Assembly: GCA_946965045.2 (NCBI GenBank)
Contig: OX337235.1
Span: 3,658,001-3,722,000, forward strand
Direction of reading: 5' to 3'
Source of the DNA: Epithemia pelagica
Taxonomy: Eukaryota; Protista; Bacillariophyta
DNA length: 64,000 nt
Below, piece after piece: positions 32,377 to 44,297 of this stretch. The translations under genes and the position numbers were made by a program. The notes under the pieces were generated by a model. It was given only the letters and a program-made list of their open reading frames with translations. It was not told the DNA's origin and did no database searches. The stretch's first letter is position 1. Each line of letters starts with the position of its first letter.

Positions 32377-35300
32377 CTCCCTCTCGCGCACAATTGTGGT
32401 CGTCCATCCCATGACTTGTGTCCTCAATGGGTCGAGCATCGCTTTGGACAGGGGTTTCGTCAAGTAATCGCTCAGTTGCTCCGTTGTAGGGATCGCGTAG
32501 ATAGTGATGTCCCCTCGCTCCACATAACTCCGGAAGTGATGCAGCTTTACGTTGAGGTGTATCGTTCGTGGGCGGAACTTATGGACTCGAGCCATCTCGA
32601 GCGCTCCGCTATTGTCCTCGAATACCTTGCAATGTAACTTAGCCCTTGTGTCCGCTATGTCGATTCCATGCGCCTTCATTTCTTTCAGTATTTCCATGAG
32701 TGGGATAGCTTCTCGTAGTGCATATGACAATCCAGTGTATTTGCTCTCGGTCGAGCTAAGGGCGATCTCTGTCTGTAGTTGTGATTTCCACACGACTGGG
32801 CACCCTTTGTATCGGATGATGTACCCGTGACGCGAGTTCGTTCTGGTCCCAATTTCCCGCAAAATCGGCGTCTACGAATACTTCCAAGCCTGCACTCTGG
32901 TCTGGCTTAAACGTCATCCCCTTTTGTCGCGTCCCCAACAGGTACCGACCCAACCACTTGACTGCTTCGCCATGTTCCTTGCGCGGGTCCGAGCAAAAGC
33001 GTGCGCATTGATGAGTCGCGTAGGCTATGTCGCTTCGTGATCCCGCTTCCAAGTAATTTAGCATTCCCACCACTGAGCGATAGTTGAAGTGGTTGTCAAA
33101 TGGTGCCGAGTCGGTGTGGCGCTTTAGGAGCTTTGATGACGCCGCTGGAACGTCCTTTGGTTTCACCGTTCTTCCATCCAATCGCAGTGCGGATAGCACC
33201 TTGTCAATTAGGTGCGGTTGTGTGAATTCGATGGTCCCATCCTTTTGCTTTTCGATGTTGACTCCCAAGAAATCTTTGATTGTTCCTTCGACCGTGATGT
33301 TTAACCCGGCGTCTTGGATTTCCTTGATCACTTGGTTGATCTCCTCTTGGTCTGGTCCAGTGATTATGGAATCATCCGTATAAAGCACGTAGACGGTGTT
33401 CCCTTTGTAGAAGACACACTCATCGATGCGCGACTTGGTGAATCCCACATCTTCGACCAATCGTTTAGATAGGTATTGATACCATACTCGTCCTGCTTGC
33501 TTCTGGCCATATAGGTTGGCGTGGAGTTTGAACGCATAGTCGCGCTTATCCTTCCCATCCGCGAGCTCGTATCCTCGCGGGATTTCCATGTAGACTTCGC
33601 GTTCGACAGGCGCTTGAGGGTACGCCAGGACGTAGTCTATTTGTGTTGTATGCCAGTTGTTGGCGGCTACCAGCGCCAAGACGAGTCGGATGGATGCCCA
33701 TGATGCGACTGGCGCATACGTTTGGTCGTAGTGCTTCCCTTTTTCCATTCGGGATCCATCGAAGTTGAGACGTGCTTTGTGCTTCTTAATCTCCCTCGTT
33801 TTGATGTCTCTCTTCCTTCGCATCTGCCATACTCCTGGGAATATCTTTTCTCCCTTTGGTATTTTGCTGCGGTGGATGAGTGAGAAATTGCCGTCAGTGA
33901 ATTGTCGGTCCATTTCCTGTTGCATCCCATCCATGAAGCGTTCCGCGTCGGGTTCCTTCATTGCTTCATGATGGTACATGGTATCGGGATCCGATGCCGC
34001 TGCTTTGAATGCATGGAATGGGTCGCCAAGCAGATCGGAATCGTCCGTTGGGAACATCGTCTCCAGACAGAACAATTCACCGTCTACTGTATGATTGTTG
34101 TTCTTGGTGTTGGTCGTCGTTTCGGCCATCATGATTTTCTATGAGCCTCTGTACGGGCTTGACGATCCTGCCGAATCTTGATCTTTGTGGTGGAGTTGAC
34201 TCAGTGGGAGTACTACCGCCGTGCTCCCTCTGGCCCTCATTTCCACTTGTTTCTCGTTGTTGTTGTCGGCTAGCCGAGCCCTCACCCTGTGCGTACGGCG
34301 TCCCGGTTTCCTCGCTGGGTTCTTGGCCGTCCTCTGTTGGGACCGTTGGCGGGTCATCACTTGTTTGCGCATTGGTGCGATCCTCCCTTTGGGGATCATT
34401 GGCTGGATCGTTAATTGGTTCGTGGATCCTGACTCTCTTGTTCCTTTGTTTTGGTGGACCCTTCGTCTCTCCCTCTGGCTCTGGTGTACGGTGGACGCTC
34501 GCTTTACTTGGTGCACTGGTAAAGTGCGTCTTGTACTGCCAGTGGGACTCCAGATTCTCCTGTCTGGTGGAATCGAATGCCTTGTCAAATTTCACGTGGA
34601 ACTGCGGGCTGACATGCCCCGTGAATCTGCTGAGGACCAAGGCGACGTTCCGGTTGTGAATCGGTGATTGGCCAAGATAAATCCCGACCTTGGCCCTATG
34701 CTTCCATTTGTGGAAGGGCTTATTCCCTTGTAATGCCTCGTCCAGGACGTAGACTGGGCAGCCGAATGGCTTCCAGTGCTTCCTGTTGATGTTCACTGGT
34801 GTTTTGCTAAACAACTGCAGTGGAGACATTTTGTTGGGTTGTTGCATATTCGGTGATGCATTGATACAGTCATTGGCGTGACGTATTGCGTACGGCCATA
34901 AATTAGCAGTGATAGCGTTTGGCCATCTCCTGTTGGCGCGTATTAGCATGGTTCTCGCCATGTCCTGTAGTTCTCTGATTCGTCGTTCTGCCTTGCCGTT
35001 GGTGTGATGTGCGCCAACTCCTGCAAAGGTCAGTGGTTGGTTTTGATTGTTGCAGGCTTCTACCCATGCTTTGGCCTTAAAAATGCCATTGTCCGCATGG
35101 TATGCCGCTATCGTTACTCCTCTAGCCATCGCGTACCTCTCGAATGCTCTTTTTCCTTCGAGTGTTTCCTTCGCGTTGGATGATTTCTGGAGGTAGACGA
35201 ATCCCAGTCCCGTCGCTTGGTCGACATAGACTGTCGCATACTTGTACCGTTCTCTAGTTATGAATCCGGTCATCTGTGCTACCAGACCGGGTGTCGGTGA

Positions 35301-36626
35301 TTCCATTTGGTCAACTGACACCACTGCTCCTGGTCTGTTGTTTGGTCGCTCCGCTTCGCGGTCGCGTACATTGCGTGAGCGCCATGGGCGTTTGGTCGCT
35401 CTAGCGTACTGACATGCGGAGCACACTGGCACCTTGCATTTTGCCAGCTTTGAGGGAAGGACACCATCCCTCGCCATTCTCTGGAGTTTGGTAAAAGGTA
35501 AGTGGCCAAAATCGTAATGGCATTGAAGCAATTCCGCTATTGGTGTTGGCAACCTTTCCTCTTCATCTATGATGATGTTGGGAGCCGGTTCCTCCAACTC
35601 GGTTGTTTGTTTTCCGTTCAGATTGAACTCACGGGGTTTGTTGTTTTGCTCGTTTTCTTCTGGCCATTCGTTTGGCTCATCCGAGCGTTCCTTTCCCATG
35701 TCATCGTTGATTGATGCCTCGTCGTCCGATATGACCGCTGTCGTATCGACTTGAAGCTCGTCTATGATGATTGGGTCCCGATCGTCTTCCTGGTTCCCAG
35801 TGTTCGTCTCTTGGCAGTATCGATGGTACGATTCGTAACCATTTGTGAGCGCGAACGTGGCGACGTTGGTTTGGCTGCGGTTCAATGGGACTGTGCGTTT
35901 GCACTCCCTCTTGTTCCAGAACAGGGTGACATGTTGGGCAGTTGTTGTTGAACCTGCTCCTCCACGTTTGTCCTCACCTTGCCTTGATTGCGCCCAATGT
36001 TGTGGACTCAGCAGTCTCACGTTGCCATCGGGAACGTAGTATGCTTTTGGTATGACCATTCTGTGTGGGACTCCTTGGTCGTCATCCCAGTCCCACTGCA
36101 AGGTTCCTTGCCATACGTTATACGTCCTTGAGCCTCCAAATCCCTTGATGGCTCTCTTACATTCCAACAATTCACCCGGGAAATCGGATCGTTTGTGGCT
36201 GATGCATCCCGAGCATCGATTATCGATCCCGACCAGCCGTGAGTCAGTATCGAAGGTTCCAACTTGTCGTGCTCCATTGGACATTCCTGCTGACATGGCG
36301 ATGACGGCTGCCATGATTCTGAAGCTCACCCTGTATCTTCGTCTTGTGTTGAAATGGTGTTGGATTCTGTGCGTTCTGCCACTCCGATTTGATTTGATTC
36401 GGGCGTGTAATCTGCCTGCTATTTGTTCTATTCCTTTGTTGGTGACGTGGAGTGCACGTGACAACCAATCTTTTGGGTCCTGTTCCTCCTCGGGATCGTC
36501 GTCCACTATGAATGTGACGAGTTCCGTCATTATCAGGATTCCCTTGATTACTTGGTGCGCTATCCCAACAATCAACCATTCTATGGCGTGCCTAAGGGAG
36601 AAAGTGGTGAACATATATACCATCAT
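32371..36626 (-). pseudogene. pol: pol (protease, integrase, RT, RNase H) broken by two frameshifts
   Basis: Protease VGIDNRCS; HHCC zinc finger HYDFGH...CSACQY; integrase VSVDQM, HADNG, AERRIR; RT QIDYVLAY, YTDD; RNase H DADFAG, SRHGY, FEDNSGA. Frameshifts near 34136 (one extra A) and near 32840. Confidence 0.93.
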
Positions 36627-36662
36627 GGTTAGTATGTTTATCTTCCACTTTCTCCAGGTTCG

Positions 36663-38247
36663 TCAGGTGCTGTATTCGGAGTCCTCCGCGTCCGAATGGT
36701 TCTTGTCCTCGTCATCGGACATAATGGTCTCGTTGGCTACCGCTAGCTTTGATGGCATCTTGCTTGCGTTTCTTTCCAGAGAAATTGGACGACTTCTTTC
36801 GTCCGCCTCCATCTTCCTTCTTCTTGCCTGCGGACGGACTAGCTTCGCGCTTCTTGGATCGGCACTCGGACGGTTGATGGGTCCTCCATCCGCCGCCACA
36901 GTTTCCTCCCGTTTCCGGACCACACCACCACCATTTGGCATTATTCCAAGTCCGGAAGCGTCGTTCGGATCCCTCTTTTGGTGGGACATTGTTACGGAGC
37001 CAATTCGGACGGGGTGGTTTGCTCGAGGATCCGCTTTCTTGGTTTCCTTGGCGTTTCCCATCGGTCGTCGTCTTCTTGGATCGGTTCTGTTGCTTTTTCA
37101 GGGACTCTACTTGGGTTTGCAGCGCTAACACTTCTTTCTGTTGTTTCGTCGGCTGTTCCCATTCGTTCCTGGTTAGTCGCGTCTTGTAGAAGTTAACTGC
37201 CCGCAACATGAGTGTTGGGGCATCAACCTCGACTGATCCGTCCTCATGGCTGTTCTCGATGCCTTGGAGATAGACCTTGAATTTGTCATCTTCCACGGCT
37301 CTGTAACCTTTGAACAGGTTGACTACTAGATCGCTTGTGTTATGGCCTCTTGCTTTTAGACCATCGACTTGACTCTGGACGTAGGCGTTGAAAGCGACTA
37401 GGTCGCTTCCGTTCTCCCTGATCTACTCGTCCAAGTTCGTCAAATTGAGTCTGATTGTTGATACTGTCGCGTTTGAGTCGAGATAACTCTCGCGGACAAT
37501 AATCTTAAACAAGCAGGCTCCCGCATCCATCCCATCTACCGTGTATTGGGATCGCCAGATTTGGATGCGTTGTGCTCCCTTCGCTGTCAGGGAGTTCATC
37601 AGGAGGTCAAAGAGGATCTTGGAGTTTTGACTCATCCTGGATTCTTGGTTCAGGATCTCCTTCTCCCACTTGGTGATGTCTTCCAGATGAGCTATTCCAT
37701 AGTCCTTGATAATGTTGATGGCTCCATCGTCCGTGGGATTCCTTGGGTCCTTTGGTAGCATGGCATTTCCATGCGTAGTTGGTGAGTCGAGCATGCCTAG
37801 GTCCTTAGCTCGGTTTAGCAGTAGTGTGATGAACAGCTGGAACTTGCTCGGCTCGACGTCAAATTTGTCTTCGCTACTGGAGAACAGGGATCGAGTCGCA
37901 TTCTCGTAGTACTTGCGTCCTTCCTTCTGATGGAAGTCCAGCGTTTGATCCGTCCTTGCTTGCAACGGTGTGCGAATGAACGGATTTCCTCCCGGAGGTG
38001 CTGCTCCCCCAGGAGCTCCCATGGCTGCGACTGCGCGGTCGATCGCCATCACGATTCGTTGTGTGGCGCTACCTAGCGCGTCGACAAGGTCTTGATTCAT
38101 CACTTGACGTGCCTCGAGGTAATCGTCTTCCTCTTCCTCCTCCTCTTGCTCGTTGGGGTTTCCTTGATTGCCCGCAACTGCTTCTTCTTCGTCTTCCGGC
38201 GCTCCGACGCCGCGTCGTGGTTCTTCGCCGCGAGTGCGACGTGCCAT
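36663..38247 (-). pseudogene. gag: gag with an in-frame TAG (37423-37425) and a probable frameshift near 36760
   Basis: ORFs 37423-38247 and 36712-37296 are in frame across LDE*IRENGSDLVAFNAYV. CCHC-type knuckle CGPETGGNCGGGWRTHQPSEC. Confidence 0.88.
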
Positions 38248-38308
38248 TGTTGTGCTTGCGGGTACTTCGGAAGGTCGAAGGCGATTGATCGAGACTGTCG
38301 AGTGAACT

Positions 38309-38330
38309 GCACTTTAGCGCAGAGGAAGCG
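38309..38330 (-). other. Putative primer-binding site complementary to the 5' end/D-arm of initiator tRNA-Met
   Basis: Directly abuts the 5' LTR. Plus-strand GCACTTTAGCGCAGAGGAAGCG(TG) resembles nt 2-25 of eukaryotic tRNAi-Met as I recall it (human GCAGAGTGGCGCAGCGGAAGCGTG, 19/24). Confidence 0.65.
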
Positions 38331-38505
38331 TGTGAAAACTCTCCTACGGCCCAAGTAGATGAGTTGGACTCAGGTGGCAAAAGAGATTATGGTTAAGATC
38401 TAGAATGTTTGGATCTTTTAGGGATCGTGTAAACGTCCCCAAAATTGTGTCGCGTATACGTTGTGACCGTTGAGCACGCGAGGCGAGAATGCTATTATTT
38501 TAACA
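38331..38505 (-). repeat. 5' LTR (175 bp)
   Basis: No difference from 32202-32376 by visual comparison; followed by the TSD CTCGAT at 38506-38511. Confidence 0.97.
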
Positions 38506-39290
38506 CTCGATCAACTCTTGTTTAGTTACTCTCCCAAGTTCTTTGACGGACGGAACCATGCTGCCGCCGGACTGGGATTGGGCATGTCCATGACGTCGGG
38601 TTTGGTGGGTGCCGCATCGGCGGTAGCGTCCTCATCTGGTTCGGGTACTACCAGTGGCGACCGTTTGCTCCATCCCGTAATGTGGACGAGTTCGACCGTG
38701 GCCTTGGGTATGGCCGTGACCGCCATGGGATTGGGCTATGACAAGATTCCCCGTTTATGTCCATTGTCACGTGCCACCATTTGGTTCCAGTATCATCCCG
38801 AGCAGGGACAATGGGTTTGGTCTCCCTACCGTTCGGGTGATGTGAACGAAGGCGAACGATGGATTTCCGTACACACACACCAAGTACCGCATCGTCCAGG
38901 AGCCACGAATCATCATCATTGGGCGACGAGCAGCAGTCGTTCGTTGCGCTCCATGGTGTCATCGTCGTCGTCCTCGGATCACGGTCAGGAACTGGACCCC
39001 CAATGGCCCAATGGATCAGTGAAAAGATTATTCGTCACTTGGCTCTACACAATCCATATCCTCTGGCGGACTTTGCCTTAGAATGTCCTCTGTGTTTGCA
39101 AACCTGGCACAATCCCGCAACCATTCGGCGCGGTCGTACCTGCGGACATGGCATTTGCACTCAATGCTACTCGGGATATGTGACAATGATCCAGAAACGA
39201 AACCAACACAAGGGGAAGACGACAGCGACGACAACAAAGACAGTGGGATCCAGGTCTGTACCGTGTCCTTTATGTGAAACACCGTTTTGA
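38506..39290 (+). pseudogene. C3HC4 RING-finger gene, copy 1 (5' part at about 31917-32201), split by the copia element and frameshifted
   Basis: Colinear with 43007-43783. An 8-bp tandem duplication CCCAATGG at 38999-39014 shifts the frame before the RING. Confidence 0.85.
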
Positions 39291-39805
39291 AAAGAGGCGT
39301 GATCCATATACCACTGTGGATAGTTCTTTCGACTTCAAAGAAACGAACCACACAGAGCAAGATCGGTGAGTTCTCCGTATGACCTCTCTCTTTTCGAGAG
39401 GTCATTATTTTTTAGAGTCTTTAGAGTATCCTATTCGTATAATGACATCGAGAGAAGTTTCGAGAGTATGTTGTGGACAAAACAAACTACTCCTAGAAGA
39501 TGTCACTCGCCTCGAAAATTTTCTTTCGGATAGATTTGTGGTGGGACCCCTAGTTTTTTGAGCGACTGCCTATTTCATGAGCGACCACACACACGAGATA
39601 TAGTACGCGCGACTCGGCGACGTATTGTGGATTCTCGGAAGCAACAAAAGGACAACGAGATAAAAGGCCTATATGGAACCTTGGAACAACGACGAAGCCA
39701 AGAACCTTTTGTTCGCTGCAACGTGTTGATTTGGACGATCCTTGTGGAGAAACCAAACGGCCGCCGGATTTTCATTGGCAAGAGACCTCCCAGCATCCAA
39801 CGACA

Positions 39806-40697
39806 ATGGCGACAATGGCAACAAGAAATACACCGGAAGAGGATGGTACGGACTTGGCAGAGCCGCTCTTGGCCAATCCTCGTGGCAGCCGAAACGATGA
39901 CGCTGCACCGGTCGTGTCAACGAGTGGGGAGCAAGCAAGTAGTGTGCCGACAACAACACCCCCTTCTTCGTCCTCCTCATCATCATCATCATCCGTTTCG
40001 TCGTGGTCGCTCTTGTGCCGGTTAATTCTATTGAGTCGACCGGAATGGCTTCTCTTGGCTATATCGACCCTTTTCATGACGATCAATCAAGGCACGCAAT
40101 TGTGGTTGCCCAAACTTGTGGGTCGGGCCTACGATGATTTAATGGATCCAACCTTGGACTATAAAATGCCACGGATTCATGGCCTCATGGCCACCGTCTT
40201 GATCTTGCATTGCGGTGGATCCAAGGCGGGATCGATCCGGACCGCACTCATGGGCATTGCCGGAGAACGAATTGTCGCACGCTTGCGAACAACCTTGTAT
40301 GGCCAACTCTTGCAACAAGAAATTGGTTTTTTTTGATGCGACGCAATCGGGAGAATTAATTTCTCGATTGGGATCCGATACCACGGTTGTCAAACAAGCC
40401 ATTGCCACTTCGTGGGCCGAAGTCGTGTTGGGCATGGTCAAGTTGTCCATTGCCATTGGTCTCATGGTGAGTATTTCGCCATCTCTGGCCAGTCTCACCG
40501 TGACAAGTACCGTGGTGATTTTTGTGCTGTGCATCCCCTTTGGACGACTCCTGGGGAAATTGAGCAAGGAATTTCAAGACAAGCTGGGACAAGCCCAAAG
40601 TTGGCCGACCGAAATTTTGGGTGCCATGCGAACCGTTCAAAGCTTTGTGGCCGAAGAAAAGGAAGCACATCGCTATGCCTCCTTGATTGGAACCAAC
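39806..40697 (+). pseudogene. ABCB/TAP-like half-transporter 5' fragment, copy 1 (frameshifted, truncated)
   Basis: Same sequence as 44298-45190 but with one extra T in the IGFFD T-run (about 40327-40334). No nucleotide-binding domain follows. Confidence 0.85.
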
Positions 40698-40762
40698 CTT
40701 GTGATGCTGTTCGTTGTTGTTCCAAACGGGGTACAGAGAGTTTTGGGGGGAAAGTTTCCCTC

Positions 40763-41648
40763 CGATTGCGGGGGTACCTCCCGTCTGCTGTCCATACGGT
40801 TATTCCCAAAATTTTCTAAAAATGTAAAAATTATTTCTTTCAAATTTCTTTTGATTTAGCACATTATTGTAACGTCCAAGCCAACTGTAATAACTGGCTT
40901 CGCCCTATTGTGTAGCCGCTTGCGCTCATGAATGGGAAACAGGAACCGTGAGCCGTGAGACTCGACGAGACATGCACAGAGAAATCTACAAGCCCATTTT
41001 ATACTCTAAAGTCTATACTGTTTCAAAAGCGAGTACTCTTTACGTAGTAGTGGATCAAGCTTCACGGAATCATCACACACACACACACACACCAAACCAT
41101 GAAATACACACACATGCACCTCTAGGAGTATCAACACAAGCTCCTGGCACTTTGTATATGGGAAAGATAAAAGCATAGTCCACTACTAGTTTAGGCTTCC
41201 TGCTTCCTGGGCTTACATACCCCATGATGACGCTGTCCTGCTTCCTGGGCTTACATACCCCATGATGACGCTGTCAAACCTTTGCTTCATCATTGTAGTG
41301 GTTGATTGTTCATTGCAGTGGTTGATTGTCATGTTTCATGTTGTCATCCTTCCTTTGATTCATTCCGCCTTCACTTGTGATCAAGGTGGATGGTTTTGGC
41401 CATAAAGTTGTCACTGTGGTCGTTCGTACGGCTGGATGGTTTTCTTTTGGTTTTTGGTGTGCTCATGGTCGTCTTTTGTGGTGTTGCTCGAAAAGTGAGA
41501 CGATTCCTGGCCCCAGCAATACAAGGCGTGACCGGCGCGAACGATCGAAGGGAGGCTGGCGATATCACCCGGCTGGCGCTTTGGGAAAAAATACGAGACA
41601 ATTTTTTTCCTTTCGGATGACGGACGAACAAAGGTACCCCCCCAATCG
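40763..41648. mobile_element. Possible non-autonomous TIR (MITE-like) insertion, ~0.89 kb
   Basis: Present between C1 and A2 but absent at the equivalent C2/A3 junction. Ends are CGATTGCGGGGGTACC and GGTACCCCCCCAATCG (15/16 inverted match). No clean TSD. Contains a 38-bp direct repeat x2 (41198-41273). Confidence 0.45.
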
Positions 41649-41707
41649 CACCCTTCCTCGGGTAAACCCCCCAAGGCCCCCCAACACACCTGGTTGGGTT
41701 TGGCTCA

Positions 41708-41752
41708 GTCGATTTGAAGATGCCGACGGGCGCGCACAAAAGACCCTTTGGG
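41708..41752 (-). promoter_or_regulatory. Orphan copy 6 of the kelch upstream motif (no kelch gene downstream)
   Basis: Reverse complement CCCAAAGGGTCTTTTGTGCGCGCCCGTCGGCATCTTCAAATCGAC, carried in duplicated segment A2. Confidence 0.55.
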
Positions 41753-42946
41753 TGTCTTGGAACGGATGACGCTTTTTTCGTTGCACATGTGGTGCATAGT
41801 CATGGTTGCCTCTTGTGTGTGTTTGATTAGGGTGGTAAGTGCAATCAAAGAAGCAAGATGCCAGGCTTGTGTGAGATGCAGGAGAAAGGGTTGATGGACA
41901 CAGTACACAAACGTCTTGGACGGATTCTGCAATATGATTCATAAGCAACAAGAAAGTGTGGATTGGCCGCCACTGGACGGACACCACCAACAGCAACACA
42001 AACTCCAGCGTCACCTACTGCGGTTACCAAGCACAATGCCACTGCCACAAAACGCAATAATCCAACGAACAAATAGAGAAATCAAGCAAAAGGCCAAAAA
42101 GGACAACCACGGCTATTACATTTCATGCTGCAAATCCCAATACCACGTAGATGTAGCAGTGAATCAATCCATTTCAAGCACAAGAGGATACCTTATAAAG
42201 ACGACCGAGACGCTGATGAGGACATGGACACTGCTAGTCACGTTGGACCTTGCTTTCAATTCCTTCGCAGATGAGATCTCAATGAGTCTGTAGTTGGGTG
42301 GAGGATTCCACAACACTTTTATCAGCAGTCGCCATTCTAGAGACTTTTCCTATTCGAAAAAGGAGGACATCAAGGTGCTTCTTTTTTCAACCCAAGCATG
42401 AGTTCCATCTTTGTCGCTGACGACCACAACGGAGAGTCTCCCTCTTCGATCTTAAAGTATGTTGGATGGGTGGTAACAGGTGATTCGCCGATGGTCATGG
42501 TCTACAGCAAAAGGGTAATGGCAAAGGATCACAAACAAGTTGGATCGAGTGGATCGGATCGGTTCCGTCACCATGGCTCTCTAGTTTGTTACGGATACGA
42601 GGAGGAAGAACGAACCAACTCCCAGCAATCATACGTACTTGTTGTGAAAGGATTCTCGGTTCGGTTGCGTAGACGACCACGAACTTGGACCACGCAACCA
42701 CGCCGAACCTCGAACGATACCAAGGTCGGGCATTTCCTTGTACTTTTTCGTACTGGAGGATGGTTCTCAATCGTTACAAGTCAGAGATAGCTTTTGACTG
42801 TCGTCATTCTTTCGAGGCTCGTAGATGTTCCATGACCCAACAGGAAAAATGTAACGGATGTCGCCTCTCGAAAACGTCCCTCTCGTTTCCATGATGCGCG
42901 AGGGACATCCGCCCAAATTCGAACAGCAGGCCTCGGGTCGAGGATT

Positions 42947-43783
42947 GTGAGAGATGGAGCTTGGAGACGTTACATTGCGAATTATGGGAGTCTGTGTCTG
43001 GTGGACCTCGATCAACTCTTGTTTAGTTACTCTCCCAAGTTCTTTGACGAACGGAACCATGCTGCCGCCGGACTGGGATTGGGCATGTCCATGACGTCGG
43101 GTTTGGTGGGTGCCGCATCGGCGGTAGCGTCCTCATCTGGTTCGGGTACTACCAGTGGCGACCGTTTGCTCCATCCCGTAATGTGGACGAGTTCGACCGT
43201 GGCCTTGGGTATGGCCGTGACCGCCATGGGATTGGGCTATGACAAGATTCCCCGTTTATGTCCCTTGTCACGTGCCACCATTTGGTTCCAGTATCATCCC
43301 GAGCAGGGACAATGGGTTTGGTCTCCCTACCGTTCGGGTGATGTGAACGAAGGCGAACGATGGATTTCCGTACACACACACCAAGTACCGCGCCGTCCAG
43401 GAGCCACGAATCATCATCATTGGGCGACGAGCAGCAGTCGTTCGTTGCGCTCCATGGTGTCATCGTCGTCGTCCTCGGATCACGGTCAGGAACTGGACCC
43501 CCAATGGATCAGTGCCAAGATTATTCGTCACTTGGCTCTACACAATCCATATCCTCTGGCGGACTTTGCCTTAGAATGTCCTCTGTGTTTGCAAACCTGG
43601 CACAATCCCGCAACCATTCGGCGCGGTCGTACCTGCGGACATGGCATTTGCACTCAATGCTACTCGGGATATGTGACAATGATCCAGAAACGAAACCAAC
43701 ACAAGGGGAAGACGACAGCGACGACAACAAAGACAGTGGGATCCAGGTCTGTACCGTGTCCTTTATGTGAAACACCGTTTTGA
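42947..43783 (+). CDS. C3HC4 RING-finger protein, copy 2 (true start uncertain, possibly 5'-damaged)
   Basis: C-terminal CPLC...CGHGICTQC...CPLC RING. The track start is a GTG, and the upstream frame contains a TAG that is CAG in copy 1. Confidence 0.65.
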   Translation: MRDGAWRRYIANYGSLCLVDLDQLLFSYSPKFFDERNHAAAGLGLGMSMTSGLVGAASAVASSSGSGTTSGDRLLHPVMWTSSTVALGMAVTAMGLGYDKIPRLCPLSRATIWFQYHPEQGQWVWSPYRSGDVNEGERWISVHTHQVPRRPGATNHHHWATSSSRSLRSMVSSSSSSDHGQELDPQWISAKIIRHLALHNPYPLADFALECPLCLQTWHNPATIRRGRTCGHGICTQCYSGYVTMIQKRNQHKGKTTATTTKTVGSRSVPCPLCETPF

Positions 43784-44297
43784 AAAGAGGCGTGATCCAT
43801 ATACCACTGTGGATAGTTCTTTCGACTTCAAAGAAACGAACCACACAGAGCAAGATCGGTGAGTTCTCCGTATGACCTCTCTCTTTTCGAGAGGTCATTA
43901 TTTTTTAGAGTCTTTAGAGTATCCTATTCGTATAATGACATCGAGAGAAGTTTCGAGAGTATGTTGTAGACAAAACAAACTACTCCTAGAAGATGTCACT
44001 CGCCTCGAAAATTTTCTTTCGGATAGATTTGTGGTGGGACCCCTAGTTTTTTGAGCGACTGCCTATTTCATGAGCGACCACACACACGAGATATAGTACG
44101 CGCGACTCGGCGACGTATTGTGGATTCTCGGAAGCAACAAAACGACAACGAGATAAAAGGCCTATATGGAACCTTGGAACAACGACGAAGCCAAGAACCT
44201 TTTGTTCGCTGCAACGTGTTGATTTGGACGATCCTTGTGGAGAAACCAAACGGCCGCCGGATTTTCATTGGCAAGAGACTCCCAGCATCCAACGACG

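Larger units (their letters stand above)
32202..38505 (-). mobile_element. Ty1/copia LTR retrotransposon (CoDi-like), 6304 bp, disabled
   Basis: Two 175-bp LTRs with TG...CA ends, flanking CTCGAT duplication, domain order gag-protease-integrase-RT-RNaseH (the copia order), and a PPT next to the 3' LTR. Confidence 0.97.

Noticed and set aside
1268-37425. TAG stop-codon reassignment (in-frame TAG in the SnoaL-like gene and gag)
   Set aside because: TAG is the normal terminator of K1, K3, K4, K5, K7, the PB1 gene and the 21186-25265 gene, so isolated nonsense changes are more parsimonious.
8393-38505. Diversity-generating retroelement (a reverse transcriptase near hypervariable paralogs)
   Set aside because: The RT is an ordinary copia pol inside LTRs, there is no non-coding template/variable repeat pair, and differences between paralogs are not adenine-specific.
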